From the NCBI RefSeq assembly GCF_006345805.1, contig NC_042999.1, positions 107,136,001 through 107,200,000 on the forward strand: DNA of 64,000 bases, read 5' to 3'. The stretch's first letter is position 1, and each line of letters opens with the position of its first letter. A program made the position numbers and the translations under genes. The notes under the pieces were generated by a model. The model saw nothing but the letters and a program-made list of their open reading frames with translations, was not told where the DNA came from and made no database searches. This document shows positions 23,166 through 37,166 of this stretch, in pieces. Origin of the DNA: Octopus sinensis. Its lineage: Eukaryota.

Positions 23166-24096
23166 CATACATACCATCATGGATACATACACCCATATAC
23201 ACGCGTACATATACGCCTCCAAGCCTATAAGCATACACACGCACTCACGCGTAAACATGTACAAAAACACACACACACCCACACGCACGCACGTACATAT
23301 ACATACATACAACAGAATATCCGCATGTATACACGGACATTATACGTGTACACACCCATATGTACATACGTGCGCCCATCCTTACATACACATACGCATA
23401 TGCCCACGCTTCCAGGTCTAGATATAAGATATTAAAGGATGTATATAAGAATGTATGTAAAGAATCACGCACTCACGTCTATACGTGCACGCACACACAG
23501 CTGTGTGTCCATATGTGCGTGCACATATACACTTACATACACACACAGAGACATACGCGCATATGGGTATAGCTATAAGATGTTAAAAGATGTATACAAA
23601 TAGGTGTAAACATATGAATATAAGAAAACATGTAAAAAAAGGAATACGGGGTATGTACATCCAGACGTAGATGTCTACTCGTACATATGTACATATATGT
23701 ATACGTATACATACGTACACGGACGCTCGTATAATCATAAAGTGGATCCATAGGTAAGTAAATAAGGGATAAGCAAAAAAAATAGACATATATAGAGATA
23801 TAAAGTGATAAGTTAGGGGTAAGAATGAGGGTAAGGGTAAAAATTAGAAAGTTATAAATCTGTCTAATAAAGGCCCGAAATATATGTACCGCTGAATCCT
23901 TCGCATCATGTTTTTATTTTGATCAATTTATATATATATATATATATATATAAATCACCCCTTGTTTGGGTTATTACTACTTCTGAGGTTCTGCTAGATA
24001 TGAAACATATGCAGCCTGAATTTCATTCCCTAATTTTTAGATGGATGGATGGATGGCTAGGTAGCTAGGTAAGTAGATAGGTAGGTATGTATATAT

Positions 24097-24945
24097 GTCA
24101 TAATTCAGTTTCTTTCAAGATTTTTTGCCAATAGAGAAAGAACCAGTTTCTAACCTAAATCCAAGGTTCCTTCATTGGTATTTCAACATCAACAACAGGG
24201 TATTTTTGTTTGTATGTATGTATGTGCAGATTCATATGTTTTATGTATGTATTCTCCTACAGAGTTACATAGCTAGACATGTTCATATGTATTTAAATGA
24301 TAAACTTCTGGAAAGTTTTACAGATTTTTACAGTTCCCATTATGGATTGGATCTTTAACCTTCAAATTAGCTTTCTCCTTTCTGATTTTGAGAAGCCTAG
24401 TTTCTCAAGATTGTTATTTTGGCAGTTTGTAACATATCCCAGGGCCCCAATAATTGCAGGTATAAACCTGAACTTGTAATCTGGATAGAGTAGCTGTAGA
24501 TTTCTCAATAGTTCAGCATAGGTGTCCTCTTTTTCACTGATCTCCAGCTTTAGGTTAACATTGGCTGGGCAGCTAATTTCTACAACTGTGCACAGTTTCT
24601 CTTCTCTATCCTAAATCATTATATCAAGCCTGTTGTGTTTACATTTTATTGAGGTCTTCACTGGTACATTCCAGCAGTATTCCTTTTCATTATGAGTGGC
24701 TTGGCTTCTTCCATATTGTGGGTTTATATTTCTTTGTCCTCAGGATTATCCTTCTGACGGATTTCATTATAGTGTCTTAGCTACATCATGTTTCATTGGT
24801 ATATAATACCGTGATGACATTTTCTGACAACTGCTTATGATGTGGGTAATATCTTCAGTGTGAACTCCACAAAGTCTGCATCAGTTATCATATTTTATGG
24901 CATTTCCTGCTTCTCTATCCCTTTTGTGCATCAGGTACTTGGTTG
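24097..24945 (-). mobile_element. 5'-truncated REL-endonuclease non-LTR retrotransposon relic
   Basis: Minus strand gives CRLCGVHTEDITHIISSC (CCHC) and HNRLDIMI.DREEKLCTVVEISCP...EKEDTY (PD-(D/E)xK-type), then IPAIIGALG. Both ends abut TA/TATG repeats. Confidence 0.8.
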
Positions 24946-25389
24946 TATATATATGTATGTATGTGTAGACACAGAATAGCTGATTTTTTTAAGATGTTCA
25001 CTTCACAACCATTAGGTCCTGGGTTTAATCCTACTGCATGGCTCCCTAGGCAAATGTCATTTTCTATAACTTTAGGTCAACTCATACCAAGTAAATGAAA
25101 TCAGGCAGACGAAAACTGTACAAAAGCCCATAAGGTGGACTGTACTTGTAATTCAGAAGGTACAGCCTTGTCACAAACTGTATCACACTGATTTTACCTG
25201 AGAATTGCATTTGTGGTATTCTCACCTATTTACACATTAACTAAAGAGCAGGAAACTCAGTTGATTAAACAACTGAATCCTAATCATCAAATACCAGGAA
25301 CCCAACGCCCCTGGATTTGTGTGTTTGTGTGTCTGTGTGTGTGTGTGTCACTAACAACCTCACTAACTGTCCCATCAGGTTATACACTC

Positions 25390-26940
25390 CAACTATAGTA
25401 CTCTCACAAACGCCATTGTTGAGGAAAACTTCAAAGAATTCAATATTTCCTGGTTTTTAAATAGAACAGATTACAAATGTGACAATATAATAGTATCATA
25501 GATAAACTCCTTTTACAACTTCAATAACTATCACCAACACACATACACATATACGCACATTCATGTACATCACCAAATCAACTACAACAACTCCTCACCA
25601 GACATCATCTTCTTCCACAACCACTTGGCAAACACTTTCCCAAGTTTCCTTAGACAACTTACCAATTATCATCAAAATAGACTTGTGCATTAATGAAGAA
25701 TGCAAAAACACACTTTTACAAACTTAAAAAAAAATACAATAGAATAAGCTCCATTAAGAAACAGAATTAAGATTTTCAGAATTCAACATCATTATCAAAA
25801 CAGACACTACAGTATATACATTCAACAATATAATTATAGATGCATCAAAAAAATATATTCCACAAAACAAGTTTAAAAAATGCAATCCAATTACACACCA
25901 GAAAGAGTCAACCTCATAAAAACCAGAGACAGTCTTAAACACAATACACAAAAGCTGTGTAAGAGCAAAATAAAATTCAACCTCAAAAATTTAAACAATG
26001 AAATAGCAAAAGATAAATATAAACCAGACACAAAATAAAAAAACTGCTAAATATTTTAATCAAATATAAATCACAAAATTAAAAATAACACAGTAAATAA
26101 AGTAATTAGCAACAACATTAACAACAACAGAAGTCACACCCCATCTCATATCACAATAATGACCTCATATGATATACAACTCTGCAACAACAAGCAGATG
26201 TCCTTGTTAGATATGTCTTGAAAATTAGCTGCCAAAAACCAAACAAAGAAGACAGGCCCACAAAATGAAAAACGCACCTTTCCCCTAAACCACAATTTTG
26301 ATCTCTTTCTATCAAACATCCTATGATTAATGGGAAAATATAAAACCTTCAATGCCCCAGGGTAAATGACAAGCACATACCAATAGCATTTAGAGTCTGA
26401 ATCCATGCACTAACCAATATCCACAATTACTTGTATCAACACTACTAAATTATTGGAATCTCAAAAGTGGAAAAAAACCATAACTCTAATGCCCATTGGA
26501 AACCCAAATGAAATAACACCATTACAACCCCATTGCTCTCCAATGCAATCTTCAAAAATTTTAAAAAGAAATACAATTATTCAAATCACTACATCTAACC
26601 ACTATACTATTTACATACCTACCTCACAAAATATTTGATAGATTCAACCACACAGCAAAAATAATTTTTTTACATACTGTTCTATTAATATTGATATAAG
26701 CAAAAGCTCCAGACTCCATTCCTCACTACCCACTCATAAAAATTAACCATCATTATTTTAAAATAATATGAAATATTGGCTAGCAAACTGCCAATCAGTT
26801 CTCCAAACCTATGTAATGTACCTTTTCCAAATAACAGAGGAATCTGTTCTTTCACCCATCGTTTTCAACGTGTAATCAATCTACAACTACACAAAACATA
26901 TAAACAGCCTCGTATGCAGATGAACATACATTATTTAAAG
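25390..26940 (+). mobile_element. Highly degenerate APE-type LINE relic (RT motifs)
   Basis: Ordered remnants: APG (26352), HYNPIAL/SSKILKR, INIDISK.PDSIPH, ESVLSPIVFNV and SYADEHTLF. These correspond to KAPG, YRPISLL, DxxKAFD, QGSVLSP and YADD. Clade not assignable. Confidence 0.6.
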
Positions 26941-27420
26941 GGAGATGTTCTCTGATGATGAAAAATAACAGCAATTAAATATTCACATTGAAATCTGCTA
27001 GAATGTATTAAGAATGAATAGATACATTATTACAAGAAACCTGCCGGGGGGAAATAACTGCTGAAGCAGTACAGAGACAAAAAGCCCTTTTTTTATGGGT
27101 GCTGTTGAGCATGGTACTGTTGCATAATGAAACTCAATAATTCTTTAGTATGGCTACATTTTCGGTAATGAACAATACAACACTTTAATACCTTCTTAGT
27201 TATAATAAATGCACTTGACTCTTGAAAAGTAGGTATCTCTGTCACTCTTTATGTTCTCTAAATTGTTTATAGAAGATAACATGCTACTGCCAATGAGGAT
27301 AAGAAGCCTATAATCATAGAAACACATTAATTTATGAAAACCTAAAACAAGTATTGAAGAGAATGTAATCTCATTTGATTATTTCAATATTTTGTAATTT
27401 TTTCGTAATTATTCAGAAAA

Positions 27421-27451
<31 letters not shown>

Positions 27452-28777
27452 CTTACTTTATAAGATGACTTACTTGCAGTTTAAATTTTTACCTCAACAG
27501 ATGTTTTAACTCAGCATTGCAATTCAAAAAATAGTGTTACTAATAGACATACAGATTTAATTTCTATGGTACCCTACTTAGGGCCCTGCATTTTAAAGTT
27601 TTTATTTGGTTATACTAACCCAGTACTTTGCCTTGTAATGAAAGGTAAATCTTACACGCATAGAATTTGAATGCAGAATATTTAAGAGATGTAACAAAAT
27701 ACACTAATTTTTACGATGTTCTGACAAATCTATCAATTTGGTTATATGTTCTCCACTTCTCAGATTTAATATCTAGCTTCAAAACTGTATATATTCATGA
27801 GTGATTCCATGGAATAAATATGTCACTACTTCACACTTATCATTCTCAATAACACTCAGACATCAGTACTAAAATAAGATAAACAAACTTACCTTTATAC
27901 CAGGTATACTAGACAATACCAAATACATCCATCTTTACTAGATACCAATTAGATAACAATTGGCAATATTAAATGCAAAATACATTTCTTTACAGTTTAT
28001 AATTTTTCTATCAATTGAAGTCATCTTTTCAATATCTATACCTTTATTACATTTCAATCAATTTGATCTCTGATCATCATCACATATATTCATGGAAGTA
28101 TACAGTACATGTATATCAGTGACCATGTAGGTAAGAACATTTTTACCCTTAGTTTTGGAATAAAGATTTCTAATGCAGATCCAAGAAGGAATGAGGTAGC
28201 TGAATGACAACAAAAGATGAAAGGAATAAAGTGTAGATGAAAATATTTATATAGTGATAAAGCTCCAACTTGTAAAATTATTGTCTTATTTACATTATGG
28301 TTGGCAAATGAGTGATGATAGCATAGAGGTAAGAAGATCTAGACTTGTTTTGTTGAGAATATGATGCTCTCTTGAGTGCATATATCAAGATAAAGTACTT
28401 CTCTACATTTTGTAACTTAATAGGTCATAGGAAGAGCATCCGATTATAAAGGCCATGCCCAAAATACAATGTATGAGTGATTTGAGATCCTACAACTCAT
28501 TTAATAGGTTGTTAATCTGAATATGGACACAGACTATGATAACCCATACAACACATAGTACAGAATGCAAACTTAAAACCTTCACACTGCTGCTAATGAC
28601 GATGATGATGAGGAGGATGTGGATGTTGATGATGATGATGATTCACACCACAGATTTAAACACATTCTTTTGTCCTTTTAAAATTACATATAATTAGAGA
28701 GTATCAAATTATTTTCAAGATTTAATTTCAATTTTTACATGAAACAATATCTTTTTCTTATGCTTTTAATATTGTTT

Positions 28778-29112
28778 TCTACTGTAGGCACAAGGCCCGA
28801 AATTTTTGGGAAGTGGGGCCAGTCAATTAGATCAATCCCAGTATGGAACTGATTGTTAAGTACTGCTGGGAGGACAAACATATACTCAGACAAACACACA
28901 TACACACATATGCAATGGGCTTCCGTACAGTTTCTATCTACAAAATTCAATCACAAGGCATTGGGTGGCCCTGAGTTATAACAGATGACCCCGAAAGGAT
29001 GAAAGGCAAAGTTGACCTCAGCAGAATTTGAACACAGAATGTAAAGACAGACGAAATACTGGTAACCATTTCACCCAGCGTGCTAACGGTTCTGCCGGCT
29101 CACTGCCTTATG
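28778..29112 (-). mobile_element. SINE family D (interrupted or composite)
   Basis: GGCACAAGGCCCGAAATT tail, GACCCCGAAAGGATGAAAGGCAAAG core and GCTAACGGTTCTGCCGGCTC head. Confidence 0.7.
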
Positions 29113-29705
29113 CTGTTAATATTGTTTGAACCATGCACAAAGGACAAAACATTCACTTTGAACAATTTTCAAATTAATATCTCTCACTACTTGTTGACAG
29201 ATATTGCACTTTTATAAAACATCGGATAGAAAACTCAGATATTTGAGGTTTTCAAAGGTCAAAGCTAGTAGAGTGCTGTATAGTTCACTGTTGAAAATGG
29301 TAACAATGGTGCAGAACTGCTGAGTGTTTCATTAAGCTGCAGAACCAAGTCTAACAATGCCTAGTACGGAAGTGCTTTTCATATTCATGATTCATTAGCA
29401 GGAATTTCTTTCGTCTAAGATGTCATTTATATTTCTAATAATTAATCATACTTAATTATCAGTCATACTTAACATAGATCATCATCATCAGTGTCATTGT
29501 CATCATCGTTTTAACTTAACTTTTCCATGCTTGCATAGGTCAGATGGAATTCATTGAAGCAGATTCTTAATGGCTGGATTCCCTTCCTGTGACCAACCCT
29601 CACCTGTTTCCAAGTAAGTATACTATTACCCCTAAACCAGACATGTTTTCTGGAAGATTAAAATTTCATTGCTTCTGTGACAATGACACTCATAAGTATT
29701 ATGCA

Positions 29706-30015
29706 GTGGAGGCACATGGCCTAGTGGTTAGAGCAGTGGACTCATGGTCAAGGGATTGCGAGTTCGAATCCCAGACTGGGCAATGTGTGTGTGTTTATGA
29801 GCGAAACACCAAAAGTTCCACGTGGCTCCAGCAGGAGGTAATGGCGAACTTCGGCTGACTCTTTCACCACAACTTTCTCTCACTCTTTCCTCCTGCATCT
29901 TGCAACTCACCAGCAACGGACCAGCGTCCCGTCCAGGTGGGGAACCTATACACCAAGGAAACTGGGAAGCCGGCTCTTATGAGCAAGGTGTAGCTTGAGA
30001 AGGAACAAACAACAA
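29706..30015 (+). mobile_element. tRNA-derived SINE, family C
   Basis: TGGCCTAGTGGTTAG A box and GTTCGAATCCC B box. Related copies lie at 45546-45856 and 48150-48452 (-). Confidence 0.85.
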
Positions 30016-30682
30016 TAAGTATTATGCAATGTCAAGACAAGGAGACACTAGTATACACACACACACACACACACAAACACACATGACTCTCTCTCTCTCT
30101 CTCTCTCTCTCCTTCTCAATATATTTATGATGATGATGAGCTTCTTTCAGTTTCCATCTACTAAATCAGTGAATTTAGTAGATGAAAAATGATTTTGAAG
30201 AGGACACTGATTTAGCGTCTTCTATTGTAGCCTGGTCCACAATGCTACACAGTAGAACTGAACCCAAAACCCTGTAGTTAGATCGTGAACTTCTCAACCA
30301 CACAACTAATATAATGACCGTGTGGTTTTATCTGTTTAAAACATAAGTGAATATAACCCAATATTATTCTTCTGAAAGACTAAAATATTCAGAAGCTTTT
30401 ATTACCATGTATATAATTTTATATAATATATATTGTAAACTTTTGTCAAATAAACAGTAACATAATTATCGCTCAATGAGATTGAAAGATTTTATCTTTT
30501 CCTTGAGAAGGATGGGTCAGCTATGTTTCCAGCACGACCACCTCCATCATCCTAATATTTGATAGTGGTTATTTTATCGACTTTGAAACAAAATGCAAAG
30601 CCAACCTCAGCAGGATTTAATCTCCACATGTAAAGGAGCACAATGTAAGACCACGAGGTATTTTCTCTGAAACTTCACCTAT

Positions 30683-31080
30683 AGGCGCAGGCATTGCTGT
30701 GTACTTATGGAGTTCCCATTGTAAATATGTGGTTTGGGGTTCAGTCTCACTTCCCAGCACTTTGGGAAAATGTCATCTGTTATAACTCAAGGCCACCCAA
30801 TGCCTCATGATTGAATTTTGTTGATGGAAACTGTATGGAAGCCCATTGTATATATGTGTATGTGTGTTTGTTTGAGTATATGTTTGTCCTCCCAGCAGTA
30901 CTTAACAACCAGTGGTAGTTTGTTTACATCCCTGTGATATAGTGGCTTGTCAAAAAAAAAAATAGAAGTACCAGACATAAAAATAAGAACTGGGGTTGAT
31001 AAGTTCAAGTAAGCTCTTCAAAGTGGTGCCCCAGCATGGTCACAGTCTCATAACTGAAACTGGCAAAAGACAAAAAAAAA
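30683..31080 (+). mobile_element. SINE family A, degenerate
   Basis: Family A head, core and GCCCCAGCATGG...ACTGAAAC tail. Confidence 0.7.
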
Positions 31081-31620
31081 ATGATCTCCCATCTTCTATC
31101 ACCAAGTTCAACTATAACAGGAATATAACACTTCTTCAATGAGTTCTTCTTTTGGTGACATCATGCTTTTCTCTTTACTTTTTTTTCCTTTTTGCTCCTC
31201 ATGTATATTTATATATTTGGCATCAAGAAAGAGATCAACCTCCTATAGGTATACTATGACATGCCAGGAATTACACTTAAAGATTGGGATAAAGTAGAAC
31301 TGCATGACCAGGTTTGTGACAATATTTGCCATCTTGATCTCCTCATGGAATTTCTGTGACAGATGAAACTTGAAGCATATCAATGCAAACAGCATGCTTG
31401 TCTAAAATTTTGCATTTGGCAGTTTATGAAATATGGAAACGTCTTAAAATGACTCAACTGTCATTTTAGCATAGGGAAATAGTATTGTAGATGTCGAATG
31501 AAAGATTTTGATACTTAATAACATATAATACTAATATAAATAAAATAAAACTAAATATAACTACATATGTGTGCTTTCAATGGCTATAATGACTCTGATG
31601 TATATTATTGAAGGTACATA

Positions 31621-32024
31621 GGCACAGGAGTGGCTGTGTAGTAAGTAGCTTGCTTACCAACCACATGGTTCCGGGTTCAGTCCCACTGCGTGGCACCTTG
31701 GGCAAGTGTCTTCTACTATAGCCTTGAGCCGACTAAAGCCTTGTGAGTGGATTTGGTAGACGGAAACTGAAAGAAGCCTGTCGTATATATGTATACATAT
31801 ATATGTGTGTGTGTGTGTGTTTGTGTCTGTCCCCCCAACATTGCTTGACAACCGATGCTGGTGTGTTTACGTCCCTGTAACTTAGCGGTTCGGCAAAAGA
31901 GACCGATAGAATAAGTACTAAGCTTACAAAGAATAAGTCCCGGGGTCGATTTGCTCGACTAAAGGCGGTGCTCCAGCATGGTAGCAGTCAAATGACTGAA
32001 ACAAGTAAAGAGTAATAAAGAGAG
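31621..32024 (+). mobile_element. SINE family A, full-length
   Basis: Near-identical to 18192-18612. Confidence 0.9.
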
Positions 32025-32145
32025 TATAGCATTTAGAATGTCTGTTGGGTTCTTGATTGTAATGTTGTTGGTTCAATTCCAGATTGTGTGGTATGTTGAT
32101 CCATTGAGCAATGTACTTCATTTCTCATTATTCCAGTCAAAAGCT

Positions 32146-32350
32146 GTGAGCTGGCAGAATTGTTAGCATGCTGGGCAAAATGCTTAGCAGCATTTCATCC
32201 GTCTTTGTGTTCTGAGTTAAAATTCTGCTGAGGTAGACTTTGCCTTTCATCCATTTGGGGTCAATATCATAAGTACTATTTGAGTACTGGGGTCAATGTA
32301 ACCAACTTACTCCTGCTCCTGAAACCTTGTGTCAAAATTTGAAACCATTA
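32146..32350 (+). mobile_element. SINE family D
   Basis: GTGAGCTGGCAGAATTGTTAGCATG head and GCCTTTCATCCATTTGGGGTC core. Confidence 0.75.
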
Positions 32351-32380
32351 TTCCAGCCGACTCAATTGAAAATGAATACC

Positions 32381-32601
32381 TATTTCTTTACTGCCCACAA
32401 GGGGCTACACACACAGGGGACAAACGGATAAAGTCGATTATATAGACTCCAGTGCGTAACTGGTACTTGTTTAATCGACCCCGAAAGGATGAAAGGCAAA
32501 GTTGACTTCAGCGGAATTTGAATACAGAACGTAACAGCAAACGAAATACGGCTACGTATTTCACCTGGCGTGCTAACGTTTCTGCCAGCTCGCCGCCTCA
32601 G
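32381..32601 (-). mobile_element. SINE family D with 14-bp TSD
   Basis: Flanked by TGAAAATGAATACC at 32367-32380 and 32602-32615, the signature of LINE-mediated insertion. Confidence 0.9.
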
Positions 32602-34424
32602 TGAAAATGAATACCAACCATAGTCGTGGCTGATTCCAGTGTCTTGTGACAGACACCCATGCTGATGGTACATAATAAGCACCCTTCAGACATTGGGCCT
32701 CAAAGAGGTGATAAGTATGTAACTGAGTAGAAGATAAGGCAGATTTTAACTTTGCAGTGAGATGGTTTCCCATTCAAGAAGGAGTGTTGCATCCTCAGCC
32801 ACTTATATACCAAAAAGTAAAGCAGAATAAGCTCTAAATTAATGAGCCTGTAGGCACAACACAGACTTGAACTATTTTAATGACTCTATTAAGTGAAATT
32901 GTTTAACTGCCATCATCCAATCTCAGTTTAAGTCATTTGCCAAGCAAGTGAAATCCCTATTAAAAATAAATCCATTTTCCTTTTAATCAGTAACATTTCA
33001 TATCATATTGTAACTACCAAGGTTACATTCATAATTAACATGAATTTAACCAAAGGTTAGCTTCATAATTAAGGCTGTGAGCCACTAAGAAATAATATTG
33101 GAGTATAAAGCTTTCATCTTCATTTCACCATCATTATCATCTTCATCAATGACATTTTCCATCGATTCACCACCACCACTACCACTACCACCACCCAACT
33201 AACCAATGAGATATGCCACCTTCTTCAATACTGGACACAGAGTTTCTAACTCTATTTGTCATTTATTGATCTCTTTGTTCAGATTTCTATGTATATGTCA
33301 CATTCACATGTGTATGTGATGAGGCCAAGGTTCTACATAATTCTTCTGATCCCTAACAGCAGATCATACAATACACTGGCGAGCATAATTTGCTGGAAAG
33401 AAGTTAAAAGTGCTTTGTGGCCTGGCTGATGAGAAACCTGACTGAAAGAAGATAACAGTAAAGCTGTTGCTAACACACTAGATATAGAAAGCCAAGAAAT
33501 TTTAATTAATTAAAATTGCACCTATGGTGAGGAGAACAGTTTCATCATAATAATCATCATGACTTTTGAATGAGTTATATAGTTCAAACTGGCCTCTAAC
33601 TCTTACGTTCTTCAACTAAAATATCCATTCTCATTTGATAGAATCAGATGCAATATATGATATTTGATATATTAGTTATTGTTGGTGAAAATGTTATTAT
33701 AGGTCTACTCTGGTTTCAATCTGCTACTACCTTACTACATACCAACAATGAATTCTCTATTTCTTTCTTCGATACACTGTTTGATTGAAATATTTAACAT
33801 CTCTCATTTTCCTGACTTCATATTACATTAAATTAGCATTAAATTACCTGTTTTTATGAGGCTTAACTGAAATCAAAGAAACTATGGAGATCTGTTCCTT
33901 GTTCGTTTTTCCTGAATAAATATGATCTTAATTCTTGCAAATCTTATGCTGATTATTTTATGATTCTAAGGGCAGCTTTTTATTAGATTTCCTTTCTTTC
34001 TTTGCTTTTCTTTCATAATTCCTACCAAATTAAGTGATTGCTTGAGGCTTGTTTTATTGTTGGTTTCTTACTACCTTGTTAGGAGTGACTTCTAATAGAA
34101 AAAAATGTATGGAGGAAAATTAATAAACATTATTTACAGAAACATGATTCAGATATGTTCAAAACCAAGTCTTCAGGGATGTAACAATGCTATAAATAAA
34201 TAATATTTCCTTATTACATCTACCAAATATTTTACTGTAACTTTACTTTCGTTTTTATCTGCTACTGATCTACAGCAATTCTTTAGCCAACAAGCTGAGC
34301 ATGAAGTGTTGGAAGACTATTGGAATGTAAACAAGTTTATGCCTAGACACAACTCATTTACATAATAGCATATGGTTTGTGGCTAAACATTTATCACTAG
34401 AGTACCAATACAGTTAAGGCAATC

Positions 34425-35115
34425 ATCATTGTCTTTTAATGTCTGCTTTCCATGCTGGCATTGTTTGGATGGTTTGACAAGAGCTGGCCAGCGGGGGAAT
34501 TGCCCAAGTTCCAATTGTCTGTTTTGATATGGTTTCTATAGGTGGAGCCCTTCCTAATGCCAACCACTTCACAAAGTGCACAGGGTGCTTTTTATGTGAC
34601 ACCTGCACAGGCGTTTTTATGTAGCACCAGCAAAGATGTGTTTTCATGGCACAGGCATTTTTATGTGGCATCAACATGGAAGCTTTTACACGGCACCAGC
34701 ATTGGCACTTTTACATAACACCAGCATGAGTTCTTTTAAATGGCACCAGCACCTGTGAGCCCTCAAGGGAAGGACCTCTTGGCTGAGGATGGAGCCCCTT
34801 GTATGTAGGGAAGGCCACAGTTTTACTTAGCTTGACATTTCATCTCAAGCACAGTAAAGCACCAGAAGTTTCAGCCCTTTATCATCTCCTCAGTGAGGCT
34901 CCATGACTGAAGATCCTTTCTCACAACTTCTTCCCACATCTTCCTGGATCTACTCCTTTCACAGGCTCCCTCCACAATTAGAGATCGTTACTTCATTATC
35001 TGTGCTCATCCATATGCATCACATGGCCATACCAGTACAGTCTTCTCTTTTGCACACTACAACTGATGCCTCATATCCAATTTTTCTCTCAAATCATTTT
35101 CTCTTAAATCATTCA
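34425..35115 (-). mobile_element. Older RTE 3' fragment (ORF2 end plus 3'UTR)
   Basis: Minus strand gives VEGACERSRSRKMWEEVVRKDL, homologous to VEGTRGRGRPRKTWDEVVKHDL of the full copies, followed by the minisatellite and tail. Confidence 0.75.
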
Positions 35116-35161
35116 CATTCTGAATGAGTGAATAAAATATATGGAACCTTATTTACATGCA

Positions 35162-35860
35162 TTAGGATGGAAAGAAAATCCTATCACATTTCAAGATAGG
35201 AAAGAAACAAAAGCTTCTTTGGTCTTTAATGATATATTTAATCATGATATTATTTCCTTTCATTATTGATAACATAATCTTATCTATTTGGTAAGTTGTT
35301 GATCCCTCAGGCATAAAATTCTGCAGGCTTCAAAGCAAAGAAGCACTCAATATCATTTTTTTTACTTCTACACAACTAATAAGCTTTTTACCTCTAAATG
35401 ATGTAGCAGTCTGAAAAGATAATGGTGAGTGGGAACAAGGTCAGGAGCGGATGAAACAAAGCTTCCATATTTAGTGGAATAATCTTTTCCTGAGTAATTC
35501 AGGCAATATATTGTCTTGCATTATCATTTATCAACAAGCCTCCTTCACTACTGTTCAATTATGAATGTTTTTTCTGAAAATTTTTGTACAATGCTTTCAA
35601 GTGATAACAAAACATCGTTTCATTTTGGCTTAACTCTTTGTGAGAGACAACAGCCTTTATATCCCAATGAAACACAAAGAATAACACTTTTTCAGATGTA
35701 ATCCTGGCTTGGGAATAGATTCACCTTTATCTGTGCCAGCTAACCATTATCGTTTTCCTTGGGTTTGATTATCAAGAACACATTTTTCATCACTTGTGAT
35801 GATTCTACTCAGAAAAGGTTTGGTGGCAAGTTTAATGATGAGTAGAGGGCAACACTTTGT
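35162..35860 (-). mobile_element. Mariner (DD34D-type) transposase relic, 3' part
   Basis: Minus strand gives PFLSRIITSDEKCV, PKPGLH, DNA, PDLVPTHHYLFR, FFALKPAEFY.GIN.LP. A TIR-like TTAGGATGGAAAGAAAA starts at 35162. Confidence 0.75.
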
Positions 35861-35904
35861 TTAAGCTGAGAAGCATTCAGATGAAGAGAGACCCACTGAC
35901 CAAT

Positions 35905-36614
35905 TCTTTTTTTATTGTTTACTCATTTCAGTCATTAGATTGTGGCCATGCTGGGGCACTGCCTCACAGAATTTTCAGACAAATGAATCGATCCCAGAAC
36001 ATTTTTTTTTAATCCTGGCTATTATTTTATGTCTTTTTTGTCAAACTGCTAAGTTATGGCGAAGTAAAGTCATCAACACTGGTTGTCAAGTTGTTGTGGG
36101 GGAAAAACACAAACACAAAGCACACACACATATATGATAGGTTTCTTTCAGTTTCTGCCAACCAAATCTACTCACAAAGCTTTGGTCAGTCCAGAGGAAT
36201 CTGTGAGAGGAAGATTTTCTAGGAGGTGTAGTTGAGTGGTAAGAAATTTGCTTCCCAACTACATGGTCATGGGTTCAGTCCCACTCTGTGGCACCTTGAG
36301 CAAGTGCCTCAGGTTGACCAAAACCTTGTGAGTAGATTTGGTAAACAGAAACTGAAACAATCCCTTCGTGTATATATATATATATATATATATTGGTTTG
36401 TGTGTGTGTGCGTGTGTTTTATGTCCCTGTTTGACACTCAATACTGCTTAACAACCACTGTTGGTGTGTTTACATACTTGTAACTTAGCCGTTTGGCAAA
36501 AAAGACCAACAGAATAAGTACTGGGGTCGCTTCATTTGAATAAAATTCTTCAAGGCAATGTTCCAGCATGGCTACAGTCTAATAACTGAAACAAGTATAA
36601 GATAAAAGATAAAA
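35905..36614. mobile_element. Two family A SINEs head-to-head (35905-36200 minus, 36221-36614 plus)
   Basis: Family A tail and core motifs appear in opposite orientations. Confidence 0.7.
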
Positions 36615-36870
36615 CCCTCATTAGCATGTCCAGACATTTAAAGCATCATTTCCATAGATAGAATGAATATTTTTTGCCATCTCCATTGTTGAATAGCCCC
36701 TTTTGAAGTCCTATCACCTTCAGGGCCTGATATGGGTCTGATTAAAACTCATTTTAAAAGGGTACAATCTATATGAATTTAGCCACTTTAGTATACTGTA
36801 ATCGGCAAAGAAAGAAAAGCATATTAGAATCTAAAAATTAATGCTTAATTTGCTGTATTTAAAAACTACC

Positions 36871-37166
36871 ATGCTGTATCCAGGAAGTAAGGTGGAGAGG
36901 AGGTTCCGCAAGGCTCCTCACAGGCAAGGAACACAGGTACAAGATTTTCTGGGCAGGGAACACTGACGGGGTCGGAGGCGTGGGTATACTTCTTGCGGAG
37001 AAGTGGGTAGGTAAGGTAATCGAGGTAGTCAAAGTAAGTGACAGAGTAATTAAAATTAGATTAGTCCTTCACCATAGGACAGCTACCATCATCTCGGCAT
37101 ATGCCCCTCAACCAGGGCTACCGGAAGGACAAAAAGACCAATTCTATGACACCCTACTGCGGACTA
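36871..37166 (+). mobile_element. RTE endonuclease fragment retaining the CCIQEVRWRG motif
   Basis: Translates CCIQEVRWRGGSARLLTGKEHRYKIFWAGNTDGVGGVGILLAEKW...DQFYDTLLRT. It ends abruptly at CGGACTA, overlapping the start of the 37163 block by ACTA. Confidence 0.9.

Noticed and set aside
23810-23845. TTAGGG-like strings (also near 9452) as interstitial telomere
   Set aside because: These are isolated single units within purine-rich linkers, not an array.
26945-27005. CTGATGA...GAAA after the LINE relic as a hammerhead
   Set aside because: There is no valid stem III or GUH triplet, although a TTCT/AGAA stem I is possible; too degenerate to call.
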